A DNA stretch of 51,311 nucleotides from a virus (Duplodnaviria > Caudoviricetes), in IMG/VR virus record IMGVR_UViG_3300027861_000004, positions 1-51,311 of that record, one strand, 5' to 3'. The notes below the pieces were generated by a model that saw only the letters and a list, made by a program, of their open reading frames with translations, was not told the DNA's origin and did not search any database. This document shows, piece after piece, positions 1 through 9,224 of this stretch (position 1 is its first letter; each line of letters opens with the position of its first letter). The position numbers and the translations under genes were made by a program.

Positions 1-127
1 TATTTACCATTGATACGTACATCAATTTCGTCAGCAGTTAATGTCAAAGCTAACTCCTCGATCTCTTCCATCGGAATATATGGGTTTTCTTTCATGCCTC
101 CATATGTCGTATATGTAGGTTTCTCCG
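1..127. repeat. Terminal direct repeat, left copy (circular-assembly overlap)
   Basis: 1-127 is identical to 51185-51311; 127 is a typical assembler k-mer; the TerL reading frame runs through the junction. Confidence 0.95.
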
Positions 128-770
128 AGATTGACTTCAGCCATGCCGTACCCTTTACTGGTGTTGCTGTGATCGACCAAGTTCCGCGATTATCCACTAA
201 CCTTGTTTTGATCTCAGGCCAGATATCTGTTTTCTTGATTTCCTCGTCCATCCAGACATGATCAACTTTCTTACCCTGGAACTTTGCCTGACCCATCTCA
301 GATGACTTGAAATGGATCTCCCAGTATCTATCCTCGTATTGACAGGTCCATATTTGTTTTTGACCGTTCCAATGAGTCTTGTACCACGGAGGTAAGTATC
401 GATCGATCATAGGCCTGTCAACTGTTGCCATCATTGTATTGTCAAGACCAACGACCCAAAGCACTCCATTTTTCGGACATTTGTGCCATGGATGATCTCC
501 AGTGACAATCATTACAGAATCATAAGCACCAATCTCAGTTTTGCCAATTCTATTACCACCAAGAGCACAACGACCTTTCATATGTGCATGACGTAAAAAC
601 TCCCACTGCCAACTCTCAGAACCATCAGATCGATTGTGATACGGAAGGAAATTATAATACGGTAGAGTCTTCCGGTACAGAATCGTCTGGGCCATCTCCA
701 AGTTGCTCGGGTCCTTCAGCCAATCCGAGTTCTTGCATAGCTTGTTCAAGCTCAAGATTGATTTCTTCAT
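1..770 (-). CDS. terL: Terminase large subunit ATPase domain, 5' part (continues across the origin to 51067; ~295 aa in total)
   Basis: Absent from the ORF track; translated by hand. Walker A ALGGNRIGKT (~563-537), Walker B HVWMDEE (~260-240), coupling motif ITATP, in frame with MKENPYIP. Start ATG 770 (alternative 695) overlaps the terS 3' end. Confidence 0.92.
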   Translation of the reverse strand, partial: MKKSILSLNKLCKNSDWLKDPSNLEMAQTILYRKTLPYYNFLPYHNRSDGSESWQWEFLRHAHMKGRCALGGNRIGKTEIGAYDSVMIVTGDHPWHKCPKNGVLWVVGLDNTMMATVDRPMIDRYLPPWYKTHWNGQKQIWTCQYEDRYWEIHFKSSEMGQAKFQGKKVDHVWMDEEIKKTDIWPEIKTRLVDNRGTWSITATPVKGTAWLKSISEKPTYTTYGGMKENPYIPMEEIEELALTLTADEIDVRINGK

Positions 771-1146
771 CTGTTGAGCCGGTAGGTAGCAAGTCGAGTT
801 GTTTTGGGGCGTTATCGCCATATACATCGCCAATCTTTTTAAGAGCACCTAACCTTGTTGGGTTGTCATCGACTGTTTCTAATACTCCATCTACGTTAAT
901 TTCTTTCTGTGCAGTTGTCAAGTTTATTAAGCCGGACGCATAATCTTCTACGGTAAAACCTTTTACTTCAAGTGCTGCAACAACTAAGTCTCGATAGGAC
1001 TTTTTTCGCTTTGTTCTTTTGACCGTATCTCTTGAAACTTCGACTTGTTGTGCTGTTTCGTCCAAGGTTTTTCTTTCTATTGTATGAGCTTGGAATATCT
1101 CTAAGTCTCTTAGTGTTAAAGTGTTATCGTCTATTTTTGCTGGCAT
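652..1146 (-). CDS. terS: Terminase small subunit (putative)
   Basis: N-terminal HTH-like segment (TLDETAQQVEVSRDTVKR), acidic tail, directly upstream of and overlapping terL. Confidence 0.7.
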   Translation of the reverse strand: MPAKIDDNTLTLRDLEIFQAHTIERKTLDETAQQVEVSRDTVKRTKRKKSYRDLVVAALEVKGFTVEDYASGLINLTTAQKEINVDGVLETVDDNPTRLGALKKIGDVYGDNAPKQLDLLPTGSTDEEINLELEQAMQELGLAEGPEQLGDGPDDSVPEDSTVL

Positions 1147-1181
1147 AAGATACCTTTTGTCGGTAATAAAGTTAAAGTATA

Positions 1182-1451
1182 TTAAAATTTTTCTTTTACA
1201 TATCCGTCTTGTTTGTAATGATATTTGATATTGTTTGGCTTACGACCTTGTTTAATTTTCTTCGGAAATGCGTCTGGCCACTTACTTCTCAGCCTCATTA
1301 AACGTCCACGTATTGCAGCCTTTGTGATGGGTGGATCTTGCAATTCACCGGCCTCTCTGTACGATAAACCGCGAATTATGCACATTCTGTAAGCAATAAG
1401 CTCTCTCTCGGTAGGGTTTACGATAGATGGTCTTGGAAGTTCTTTTGCCAT
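1182..1451 (-). CDS. HTH DNA-binding protein (sigma-70 region 4/LuxR-like); possible late-gene regulator
   Basis: TERELIAY...RGLSYREAGE...ITKAAIRGRL HTH pattern; lies just before the packaging genes. Confidence 0.6.
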   Translation of the reverse strand: MAKELPRPSIVNPTERELIAYRMCIIRGLSYREAGELQDPPITKAAIRGRLMRLRSKWPDAFPKKIKQGRKPNNIKYHYKQDGYVKEKF

Positions 1452-1461
1452 TGTCTCTCCA

Positions 1462-1499
1462 TAAAAATAGCCGGAAAGAGGGTTTCTCTCTCCGGCTAT
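1462..1499 (-). terminator. Intrinsic terminator
   Basis: ATAGCCGGA/TCCGGCTAT stem followed by a T-run on the minus strand. Confidence 0.75.
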
Positions 1500-1509
1500 A
1501 GAGTTAAGT

Positions 1510-2052
1510 TTAGTCTAGAACAGCAGTTATCTCTTTTAAAAGACCTGCTTTCCGCTTTTCATGTTTCACTGTATCATATAACATTCCAGCCTCTTCAGGC
1601 GATGCTCGCCCTCCGTATCGACTCATACCTTTGTTTGTAGCCTCTAAAATGGCACTTAAGGTTATATTCTCTTTGCCTTTACGTAAATTGAGATAGGCAA
1701 GGAGCACACCAACCAAGACTGGAATCAATGACTCAGGATCCTTATAGTCAATCCCCAAGAGCTTGTCAATCGATTCTGAGGCGTTTTGCCGGTCTAAGGC
1801 GTTATCATGCCGATCATACGACTTTTCCAACTCAGCGGCAAGCAGGGCGTCTTCTGCAGCACTATTTGACACCTTGAGCTTTGCAACTAATTCCTGCTGA
1901 AGAGCAAACTCTTTAATCTGCTCTTCTTGAGCTTGTTCCTGTATTGCCTGTACAATACCAGATGCACCAGCCCCAGCCGCAAACGACTCAGACCCAGAAC
2001 ACCCAGAAAATACAATTAACAATGGCAAAAACAAGATTACCAAATACTTCAT
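1510..2052 (-). CDS. Lipoprotein with coiled coil and second hydrophobic segment (spanin-like candidate)
   Basis: Signal II/lipobox MKYLVILFLPLLIVFSG-C; helical Q/E/A-rich middle; LIPVLVGVLLAYLNL segment. Confidence 0.6.
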   Translation of the reverse strand: MKYLVILFLPLLIVFSGCSGSESFAAGAGASGIVQAIQEQAQEEQIKEFALQQELVAKLKVSNSAAEDALLAAELEKSYDRHDNALDRQNASESIDKLLGIDYKDPESLIPVLVGVLLAYLNLRKGKENITLSAILEATNKGMSRYGGRASPEEAGMLYDTVKHEKRKAGLLKEITAVLD

Positions 2053-2091
2053 ACTTGTACTCCTAAAAAAGATACATTAAGTTTCTTTTGG

Positions 2092-2511
2092 TTATTGTTG
2101 ATTTGTCCCTTCAACATTACGTTCCTGGCGATCTTTTGTTCTTTGGCTAAGAAACTCAAGTGCCCGAGTGAGATGTTGCAATGCCATCCAGTTAGGGACG
2201 CAAGCAAACTCTCCGGACTGAAACCCAGCAAGCCTATCGATAACGATCGAGAGCAAGTCTTCGTTCTGAAGTCCGTTTATTCCATTTTCCTTTATCGGTC
2301 CGTTCTGGAAATCGACATGACCAAGAATGTCGTCATTTTCTCTGGAAAGCACTTGATAAACATGACAAGCACCACCCTCGCCCGGAATATCACATACAGC
2401 AACATATGTATGATCGCTGTCGTGATTCTTGAGGGTGCGAATGCTAATTTCAGGCTCAACTGCAGTACATGTTTTCGGAGTTGATTCTGGGGTCTCATTC
2501 AATTCTTCCAT
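2092..2511 (-). CDS. tad1: Tad1/Acb2-family anti-defence sponge for cyclic immune signals
   Basis: PGEGGACHVY, FQNGP, NEDLLSIVIDRLAGFQSGEFAC..N..AL.H...AL..L..RT.DR..RNVEGT match my recollection of the Tad1 signature over the whole length. Confidence 0.85.
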   Translation of the reverse strand: MEELNETPESTPKTCTAVEPEISIRTLKNHDSDHTYVAVCDIPGEGGACHVYQVLSRENDDILGHVDFQNGPIKENGINGLQNEDLLSIVIDRLAGFQSGEFACVPNWMALQHLTRALEFLSQRTKDRQERNVEGTNQQ

Positions 2512-2559
2512 AATGTGTTCCTTTCTTAATACTTGTTCTGTTCTTTTCTGTTAATACTA

Positions 2560-2592
2560 CAAAAAAACCTCAATCGAAACGATCAATTAAGG
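2560..2592 (-). terminator. Intrinsic terminator
   Basis: Minus strand CCTTAATTG-loop-CGATTGAGG-TTTTTT. Confidence 0.6.
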
Positions 2593-2599
2593 ACTTGCT

Positions 2600-3708
2600 T
2601 CATTTACTTGCCTCCTTGCAGATTGCGGCGGCTATTTCAAAGTGCTTGGGCTGGGCATAAAAAGCAAACCATCCAGGTACAGACCAATTCACATGAGGTG
2701 CATCGCCTTTATTTCGCATCTCAGCAAGGTACGACTCGTTCATTGCATTAAAGAATGCCTTTTTACCATACTCCTTAACAGCCCAATCTCTCCACCACAT
2801 AGCTACGTTCCAGTCGTTTATGGGGATGGGAACGGAAGCGAGGCAAGAGCCTGAAACCTTTTCTTTATACAAAACATTGCATTTGATGCAACAATTATCT
2901 TCAAAGTGGTCCCAGTCGTGGGGATTGTACTTCCATTTATGCCAACTCTGCGTCTCCGGTTGCAACACCTCCCCCAGCAAAGCAGGAAGCTCTGCGTCTG
3001 TGGCGGCTAGTAGTTTTTCTGTTTGTTTATTCATTACTTGCTCCCTTTCCGGCAGGGTTATTGGTTTCCAGTGAGTGACATTACTAAGCAAGTAAGCTGT
3101 CTCTGATTCGCATAGAACTTCCCAGAAACCTTCATTGAAATAATATTCATCTTTTTCTTCGCAATAATCAGCCTGTTCGTAGTAATCGCCTTCATCTACG
3201 ATGTTGTGTTTCTTGGCATACCAGCCAAGGCTAGTTTTTTCTTTGCCATAGCTGTTCTTCCAGTAAATCTCTATCCTTTTCCCGCTCTCCGGCAATCTAT
3301 CCTCAACGCTCACCCACTGATGCTTGACAAGCTCTACCTCAAGATCAGTCATCCTCGCAGAACCACGCTCATAGTATTCTGAGAAATGCTTTACTTCTGC
3401 CTCAAGCTTGGTGATACGGGCTTTCATCCATTCTGCCATCCAAAGAGATTCGATGCAGTCTTCAAATGCCCCATGGTCTATCAATCCCCGTATTTCCTCA
3501 ATATATGCAAATATACCCTCTTGTGTATATTCTGGCCTGACTTCCTTTCGGCGAGCTTCAAGGTTGCCCTGACGAAGCTCTTTGTTCTCAGACTCAAGCT
3601 GGTCAATGTCCTCCATAGCCTCTGAGAATTTCCCATCTGTCATGTCGTCCATGTAGTCAACGGTGACATGTTCCAAGATTGATTCTATCAGTTCTTTGCA
3701 TTTACTCA
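2600..3708 (-). CDS. Coiled-coil + DUF551-like domain + Cys-containing C-terminal domain
   Basis: WVSVEDRLPE...VTHWKPITLP is the DUF551 signature; ATG 3708 has a GAAAGGA SD. Confidence 0.7.
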
Positions 3709-3753
3709 TATTAAAATCCTTTCGGTTTGTTACATTCCAGAACATGCTCCACT

Positions 3754-4020
3754 TTACCCATTGTTAATCTCCTTTAAGGTTAATTTGTATCGTTTACATG
3801 GACCTTTGCTTAGTTCATATGGCTTGCATGAGCCTTTGCGGGGAGTGAAGCGGAACTCGCTCAGAAACTCAGAGTCCTCTATATGCCAAGGGAGACGGCC
3901 TGAATCTTTATTTTTATCGTAATAGACTCCAACTATAGGAGCAGACTTCAGTACTGGCTTTTCTTGCCATATACACGAAAACCCACTCCTGTTCTTGTCT
4001 CTCGTTACCCATACTTTCAT
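3754..4020 (-). CDS. Hypothetical protein
   Basis: ATG with AAGGAG SD; fits the operon. Confidence 0.7.
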   Translation of the reverse strand: MKVWVTRDKNRSGFSCIWQEKPVLKSAPIVGVYYDKNKDSGRLPWHIEDSEFLSEFRFTPRKGSCKPYELSKGPCKRYKLTLKEINNG

Positions 4021-4044
4021 TATACTGTCTCCTTAAGTTTCTTT

Positions 4045-4458
4045 TTAGCATTCCTGATACGGGTTTTCGTGGATGTTGCCGATTTTCTTTACCGTAGCAC
4101 TCTCTAGAAGGTCTGCATTCAGTATCGCATTAACCAGTAAATCGCCACCGCACATAAAGCACGCTCCTTTGTCGTCCCACACGATAGGGAATACCCCAGA
4201 GCTTCCGCCGTCAAACTCAAGCAAGTCTCCTTCCCACCAATCCAAGTCCTTGTCGTTCTTGTCCTTAAGGCCGGTGTATTGCATGAGGATGAGGTCTTTC
4301 AACTCTGTCACGCAATCGCATTCAGCTGGCTCTATAGCGTGTATTTCAGTAACCGCTAAATCTTCGTGGACAATATATTTTTCGTGCCAATCAATAATCA
4401 ATACGTCCACCATACAATCATCTTGCACCCATGCTCTAAACTTTATCTCTCTACTCAT
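4045..4458 (-). CDS. YopX family protein
   Basis: MSREIKFRAW...MQYTGLKDKN...EGD...IGNIHENP. Confidence 0.93.
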   Translation of the reverse strand: MSREIKFRAWVQDDCMVDVLIIDWHEKYIVHEDLAVTEIHAIEPAECDCVTELKDLILMQYTGLKDKNDKDLDWWEGDLLEFDGGSSGVFPIVWDDKGACFMCGGDLLVNAILNADLLESATVKKIGNIHENPYQEC

Positions 4459-4469
4459 GGCCTTGCTCC

Positions 4470-4820
4470 TTAGATATACTTATCTATATTTTCTTCATAT
4501 GGAATAAGCCTACCTGTTTTTATTGCATGTTTAATTAGTGGGATAAGTCTCAGTTTTTGTTCTTCCGTATAACAAAAGTTATCTGCTCTTATATTATTCT
4601 GTAATGCAATCACATCAACCATTTCGAAATACTCACACATTTTATCATAACGTGAACGTCTATACTCATCGGTTTGAGATGATTCCCCTGAGTCCGAGAC
4701 AGTAATGGAATGTTCAACAGCAAGAGGCAAAGTAGGGAGAAAAGCCTCTTTTATAGAACTACTGCTCGGACTCTTTTGGGAATAAGTCTTGTTTTTCATA
4801 CCTGTCAAAAGAGAGAACAT
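4470..4820 (-). CDS. Hypothetical protein
   Basis: Fills the gap between rusA and yopX, overlapping rusA. Confidence 0.6.
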   Translation of the reverse strand: MFSLLTGMKNKTYSQKSPSSSSIKEAFLPTLPLAVEHSITVSDSGESSQTDEYRRSRYDKMCEYFEMVDVIALQNNIRADNFCYTEEQKLRLIPLIKHAIKTGRLIPYEENIDKYI

Positions 4821-5368
4821 TTTTTTGTCTCCTCACTTTTAACTCTATAAACCTTGATTACTACGCCAGGTTCTTCTGTGCTATAACATTTCTTACACTG
4901 TTTAAACCCAATCACCTGTTTGTCGTCTTCCCATACGATGCCAGTCAATGCATCTTCGGTTGAACGAATGATCTTAGTTAAGTCCGGGAAAGTAGTGTGG
5001 TGTTTTGGAGCTGATGCTTTTAATTTATTACTATTAGCACCAGTCCCAAAATCACCCTTACGAAAAGGAAAGCGAAAGATATAACTACAAATCAATGGAC
5101 CTGTCAGATATTCACCATTGTATTGCTCTTTGGCTTGCCTGGCAACATCCTTCCTCCATCCGGGTAGAAATTTCCCAGACGGACGGATGTATGGCCTTGG
5201 TTTCTCAGGAAGCAAATAGTTGATGTCGATAAGTTTACCTTTATGCTTGGTTATCTTATTGATAAGTTCAGGCGTAATCTCTGTTTTGACTTTAGTTGTA
5301 CAAGCAACAAAAGAACCGCCAGGGGCAGCTTTACCTTTGACAAACATTTCAAATATTTTCACAAGCAT
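4805..5368 (-). CDS. rusA: RusA-family Holliday junction resolvase
   Basis: PDLTKIIRSTEDALTGIVWEDDKQV catalytic motif. Confidence 0.9.
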   Translation of the reverse strand: MLVKIFEMFVKGKAAPGGSFVACTTKVKTEITPELINKITKHKGKLIDINYLLPEKPRPYIRPSGKFLPGWRKDVARQAKEQYNGEYLTGPLICSYIFRFPFRKGDFGTGANSNKLKASAPKHHTTFPDLTKIIRSTEDALTGIVWEDDKQVIGFKQCKKCYSTEEPGVVIKVYRVKSEETKKCSLF

Positions 5369-5374
5369 ATTAGT

Positions 5375-5402
5375 ATTATCGTTTCTTTGACTTAAGTGTC
5401 AA
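5375..5402 (-). promoter_or_regulatory. Sigma-70-type promoter with palindromic operator; likely near-leaderless rusA mRNA
   Basis: TTGACA-N16-GATAAT ending 6 nt before the ATG; TTGAC-N6-GTCAA palindrome over the -35. Confidence 0.5.
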
Positions 5403-5405
5403 GTT

Positions 5406-6986
5406 TTATTTCTTTTTTGCTTTCTTTGTACCATCGGCATTAAGCTCTTTCCAGCTTTTAGGCTCTTGGTACTCTTCTTTGGCGTCGCCTACCCAGCCTG
5501 CCAGATCGATATTGAATAAAGTCGAGATATCTTTCATCCGGCTAATTCCATCTTTCGGGAACTGTGTTATTGGTCCGTTGTATTTCATCCACTCGAGGAA
5601 AGGCTCTTTGATCAGATTGAAAACATCAACCTTAATCTTTGTTCCAATCTCAGGAGTCAGTGGCAGGCCATCTTCGCCGATTGCTTTCGTTATCTTATTG
5701 AATTTAGTGCCATTTCCCCATCTTGAGGTACTGACACATGCGATAAGATACATAATCGTAAAGATTTGACCTTTTGTTTGTATTAAACCGATATCCCAAT
5801 TCTCATTAAGAAATTCATGCAATTTGTCATTAACAAAAGTGTGTCGTTTGTTAGCCAACAATGCACGACGTTCTTTAAGCGGTTTTGGCAATGAACCTTT
5901 ATCAGTTTCAGTTGCATCTCCGGACTTTTTAGATGTAGATGATTTCGGGCCTGCTATCCAGATTAGCTTTCCAAGTGACTTACCATTCAAGATCATAACA
6001 GGAATAGTATTTTTATCTGATTTCTTTTTCTTGGTATACTGATGTGGTTCAAGTATGCCACCAAATGTATGTTGCAACTGACGAGTTTCTGCATGAGTTG
6101 CCTGACCATTGACCCCAATTTTAATTTCTGGATAATGTTCTTTATGTGCGTCAATGAAGCCTTTTATCAAGACAATCATTTTTCGTGTCCAGCACTCTTT
6201 ATTGAGACATAAAGCCTTATGAGTTTTCACATCATCTGCAAACAGATTTGCCTTTGATCCTGAATGGGTCAAACAGTCCACACAAGGGGTCATTTTGCCG
6301 TGTTCGTCTTCATACTTGAACTTATGGTCGAACGGAGCGTTTTCGATCACATGCTCCTCAGCTTCGCAAATTCGTTTAAATTCTTTGAAGTCATGGAACT
6401 GCCAACCAGTAATACTTTCGTTGATACGATCCTGCACCTCAAAACTCAACTTAGAAAGAATTTCAAGATGTGGAAGTGTAGGTTCAACTTCTTCGTCCTT
6501 AAAGTCTTTCAACCATGACTTTGAGATATTGTCAACGATATTGGTTCGTACAGCGATTCCTTTGGGTGTCATATTCAATGCTAGCCCTGCAGCTTCATGG
6601 TCACCGTCAAATGCTTCAAGCACAACCTTAACGGAATCAGCCTCTTCAAAGATAGTCAAGTTTTCTCTGAAGTGATTCTCGAGGTGTGTAATCTTAGCTA
6701 TCTCTCCCATTGGAGTGTCTTCTGGGTATATGATCGCTGGGATAAGTTTCTTTTGAGCAAGTTTAGAAGCAAACAGTCTTCTACTTCCTACGCAAAGATC
6801 GAAATCCTCTTTAACGTTTTCGTCTCTGTTTGTTCTTACTGCTATCGGAACAGCAACGCCACTAACGCCAATGCTTTCAGAAAGCTCTTTGATGCCTATC
6901 GATTTTGAGGTTAGCTCACCTCTAGGATTATTTATAACCCTAATACTATCTACTGGTATCTTTGATAAAATTTTCTGCTCAGACAT
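5406..6986 (-). CDS. ParB/RepB/Spo0J-family protein with long C-terminal extension
   Basis: NPRG..IKELSESI...GVAVPIAVR...GSRRLFAS...ENHFRENLTIFEEA; Cys cluster (CVDC...CLNKEC); start 6986 has an AAAGGA SD. Confidence 0.85.
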   Translation of the reverse strand: MSEQKILSKIPVDSIRVINNPRGELTSKSIGIKELSESIGVSGVAVPIAVRTNRDENVKEDFDLCVGSRRLFASKLAQKKLIPAIIYPEDTPMGEIAKITHLENHFRENLTIFEEADSVKVVLEAFDGDHEAAGLALNMTPKGIAVRTNIVDNISKSWLKDFKDEEVEPTLPHLEILSKLSFEVQDRINESITGWQFHDFKEFKRICEAEEHVIENAPFDHKFKYEDEHGKMTPCVDCLTHSGSKANLFADDVKTHKALCLNKECWTRKMIVLIKGFIDAHKEHYPEIKIGVNGQATHAETRQLQHTFGGILEPHQYTKKKKSDKNTIPVMILNGKSLGKLIWIAGPKSSTSKKSGDATETDKGSLPKPLKERRALLANKRHTFVNDKLHEFLNENWDIGLIQTKGQIFTIMYLIACVSTSRWGNGTKFNKITKAIGEDGLPLTPEIGTKIKVDVFNLIKEPFLEWMKYNGPITQFPKDGISRMKDISTLFNIDLAGWVGDAKEEYQEPKSWKELNADGTKKAKKK

Positions 6987-7002
6987 TCTTTTCCTTTCGG
7001 TT

Positions 7003-8364
7003 TCAATCGGGTATCTCCCAATCAGGTTCATCTAATTCGTTTTCATTTACAGGATTGCAAAACTTAAACTCTTCTGCTAAGTAAGTAAGTTTACATATCC
7101 CACATTCACCTTGTCGATGTTTTGCTATAATTACTTCTGCTTCACCATCAAGCACTGCATTGAGGACTTCACGTTCTCTTTTGTAATCCCCTCGGTGCAA
7201 CAGCAATACGTTATAAGCGTCCTGCTCAAGACTCCCAGACTCTCGGAGATCTGTAAGCTTAGGACGAGTAACCTTTCTGTTCTCTGACTCTCTGTTTAAT
7301 TGTGCTAAAGCAAAGATATGAACGTTGAGTTCTTTACAGGTAGCAAGTAACGTCCGGCTTATTTCCGATACTTCTTCCTGTCTACTTGTCTTGCCATCGC
7401 ATGTCATCAACTGTAGGTAATCTATGAAGATGATCTTAACATCATTTTTTATCTTCATTAGTTTTGCCGCAGTTTTGAATGCTGCAAGTTTCATAGCAGG
7501 AGTGTCATCTATGTAAAGATTTAAACCAGCAATCATTTCTTCACATTCCTGTATGAACTTTAATTGTTCATCAATGAAATGACTTTTCCTTAGTTTTTTT
7601 AAACTAAACCCTGTCTTTGCTGATAGCAATCTTTCAAGTAGTCCATGCCTGTCCATCTCAAGCGAAAAGAATCCTACTGGATAGTCTTGTGCAATGTAAT
7701 CAGCGATATTCAATGCAAGTGTTGACTTTCCCATTGAAGGACGTGCAGCAAGAATTGTATATTCGCCAGGGAACAGTCCGTCGAATTTTTCGTCGATGCT
7801 GTCAAGCCCAGTCACGATAGCACCTTCGGCCTGTTTCCTTATCTCACTGAATAAGCATCTTGCCTGAACTTTGATGTCAGTCGTTTTAGCACTCAGGTCT
7901 AAGTCTGTTATTTTCTCAGCAGCAACAATAAACTTAGAACATTTATCTGTAGCAGATAGCGTAGGATCTTTTATGAATTGACCAAGTTTCTTATATACGT
8001 TATGTGCTTTACGTAAACGATAACAGTCAAGTATCTTGTCAGCGTAATACTCAAACGATGCTTCATTCCTGAAACAGTCAATTATCTTTTTAACTGATTC
8101 TATTTTAACTTTTTCCCATTTCCCATGTTCGACTAATAAGTATTTCAACTTAACTAAGTCTACTGGTTCGCCACTTTCGACTTTGTTTTCTTTCCAAAGT
8201 TTCACAATCCCTTTGTATAGCAACTTATAGTTTGGGTATCCAAAGTGCTTTGGTTGGATTTTAGAGATAACTTTTTCTATCAATGATTGATCACTTAGCA
8301 AAATAGCTATGAAAGCTTTTTCGCTGTCTTCGTCAAGTAATCCAATATTTTCAGCAGTTGACAT
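7003..8364 (-). CDS. dnaB: Replicative DNA helicase, DnaB family
   Basis: AARPSMGKS, FFSLEM, IFIDYLQL, LAQLNR, DLRESGSLEQDA, IAKHRQG. Confidence 0.97.
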   Translation of the reverse strand: MSTAENIGLLDEDSEKAFIAILLSDQSLIEKVISKIQPKHFGYPNYKLLYKGIVKLWKENKVESGEPVDLVKLKYLLVEHGKWEKVKIESVKKIIDCFRNEASFEYYADKILDCYRLRKAHNVYKKLGQFIKDPTLSATDKCSKFIVAAEKITDLDLSAKTTDIKVQARCLFSEIRKQAEGAIVTGLDSIDEKFDGLFPGEYTILAARPSMGKSTLALNIADYIAQDYPVGFFSLEMDRHGLLERLLSAKTGFSLKKLRKSHFIDEQLKFIQECEEMIAGLNLYIDDTPAMKLAAFKTAAKLMKIKNDVKIIFIDYLQLMTCDGKTSRQEEVSEISRTLLATCKELNVHIFALAQLNRESENRKVTRPKLTDLRESGSLEQDAYNVLLLHRGDYKREREVLNAVLDGEAEVIIAKHRQGECGICKLTYLAEEFKFCNPVNENELDEPDWEIPD

Positions 8365-9206
8365 TACGACACCTTTCGTTGTTGTCTCTTCACTCTTTCT
8401 TTAGCTGTTAATCCATCTCCACCTTTTTTTGCTTTTGATATCTTCTTACGTACAGAACCAAATGCTTTCATTCTGAGTTGAGTAAATTGTTTTCTGAGTT
8501 TGTTTCCACTAAGTATATTTGAAAACCAGAAATCATCCTCACTGACCCACTTTATAACTTTCTTGATATCGTCCGGTTCAGCTTTGTCGATTCTTATTAG
8601 TTTTTCAATATCCTTACTCCACCCCTGAAGGCATCTAGCTTTGGGCTTCTTAAATTTAGGATCATTGTTGGAGATGCATGTATATAAATAATCAGCTAAC
8701 AAATAAGCCGGACTTCCTTTGTCACAGTCCGGTTTAGTATTCTTTGTTTTTTCTTTTATTTGTATATCTCTTTCTTTGTAGCTACTGGTTTCCCGTGTCT
8801 CGGGTTTCCCGTGACTCGGAGAATCAATCGTTTTTGCTTTGATTGAATACATTTCTGCCTGTTCGCCAGTAATAAATGCGTTATTTAAAGAGATTTCGCC
8901 TGATTTATCTTGAATCATAGGGAAAGGAGAGATATTCCACGTTTTAGTTGAAAATTGTCGCTTTGTATCAAAGTCTTGGGTTATGATAATATACCCAAAT
9001 GTCTTCAATTCCTTGATTATTCGACTCAACCTCGCTTGTTTGCAATGCTCTCTAATTAATTGTGCTTTCATTACTTTCCAGTTCTCAGGCCTTGACAGCA
9101 ACTCCACTAATAAACCTCTGGCATCATACGAAATGTCTTCTCGTTGTAATAATGAATTTGGTATTATCGTGAAATTGCTTTTTATAAAGCGTTTGATAAT
9201 AGGCAT
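8364..9206 (-). CDS. Phage replication initiator (N-terminal winged HTH)
   Basis: NFTIIPNSLL..ISYDARGLL..LLSRPENW N-terminus; D.FW..NILS..KLRKQF C-terminus; translationally coupled to dnaB. Confidence 0.85.
   Translation of the reverse strand: MPIIKRFIKSNFTIIPNSLLQREDISYDARGLLVELLSRPENWKVMKAQLIREHCKQARLSRIIKELKTFGYIIITQDFDTKRQFSTKTWNISPFPMIQDKSGEISLNNAFITGEQAEMYSIKAKTIDSPSHGKPETRETSSYKERDIQIKEKTKNTKPDCDKGSPAYLLADYLYTCISNNDPKFKKPKARCLQGWSKDIEKLIRIDKAEPDDIKKVIKWVSEDDFWFSNILSGNKLRKQFTQLRMKAFGSVRKKISKAKKGGDGLTAKERVKRQQRKVS
8787..8819. repeat. Tandem 16-bp iteron-like repeat (candidate origin)
   Basis: GGTTTCCCGTGTCTCG then GGTTTCCCGTGACTCG; period 16 is not a codon multiple; next to an AT-rich tract in the initiator linker. 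Confidence 0.55.
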
Positions 9207-9224
9207 TTACGTTCCTTTCAGTGC

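Noticed and set aside
1-127. Biological terminal repeat
   Set aside because: Length equals a common k-mer and it falls mid-terL; assembly overlap.
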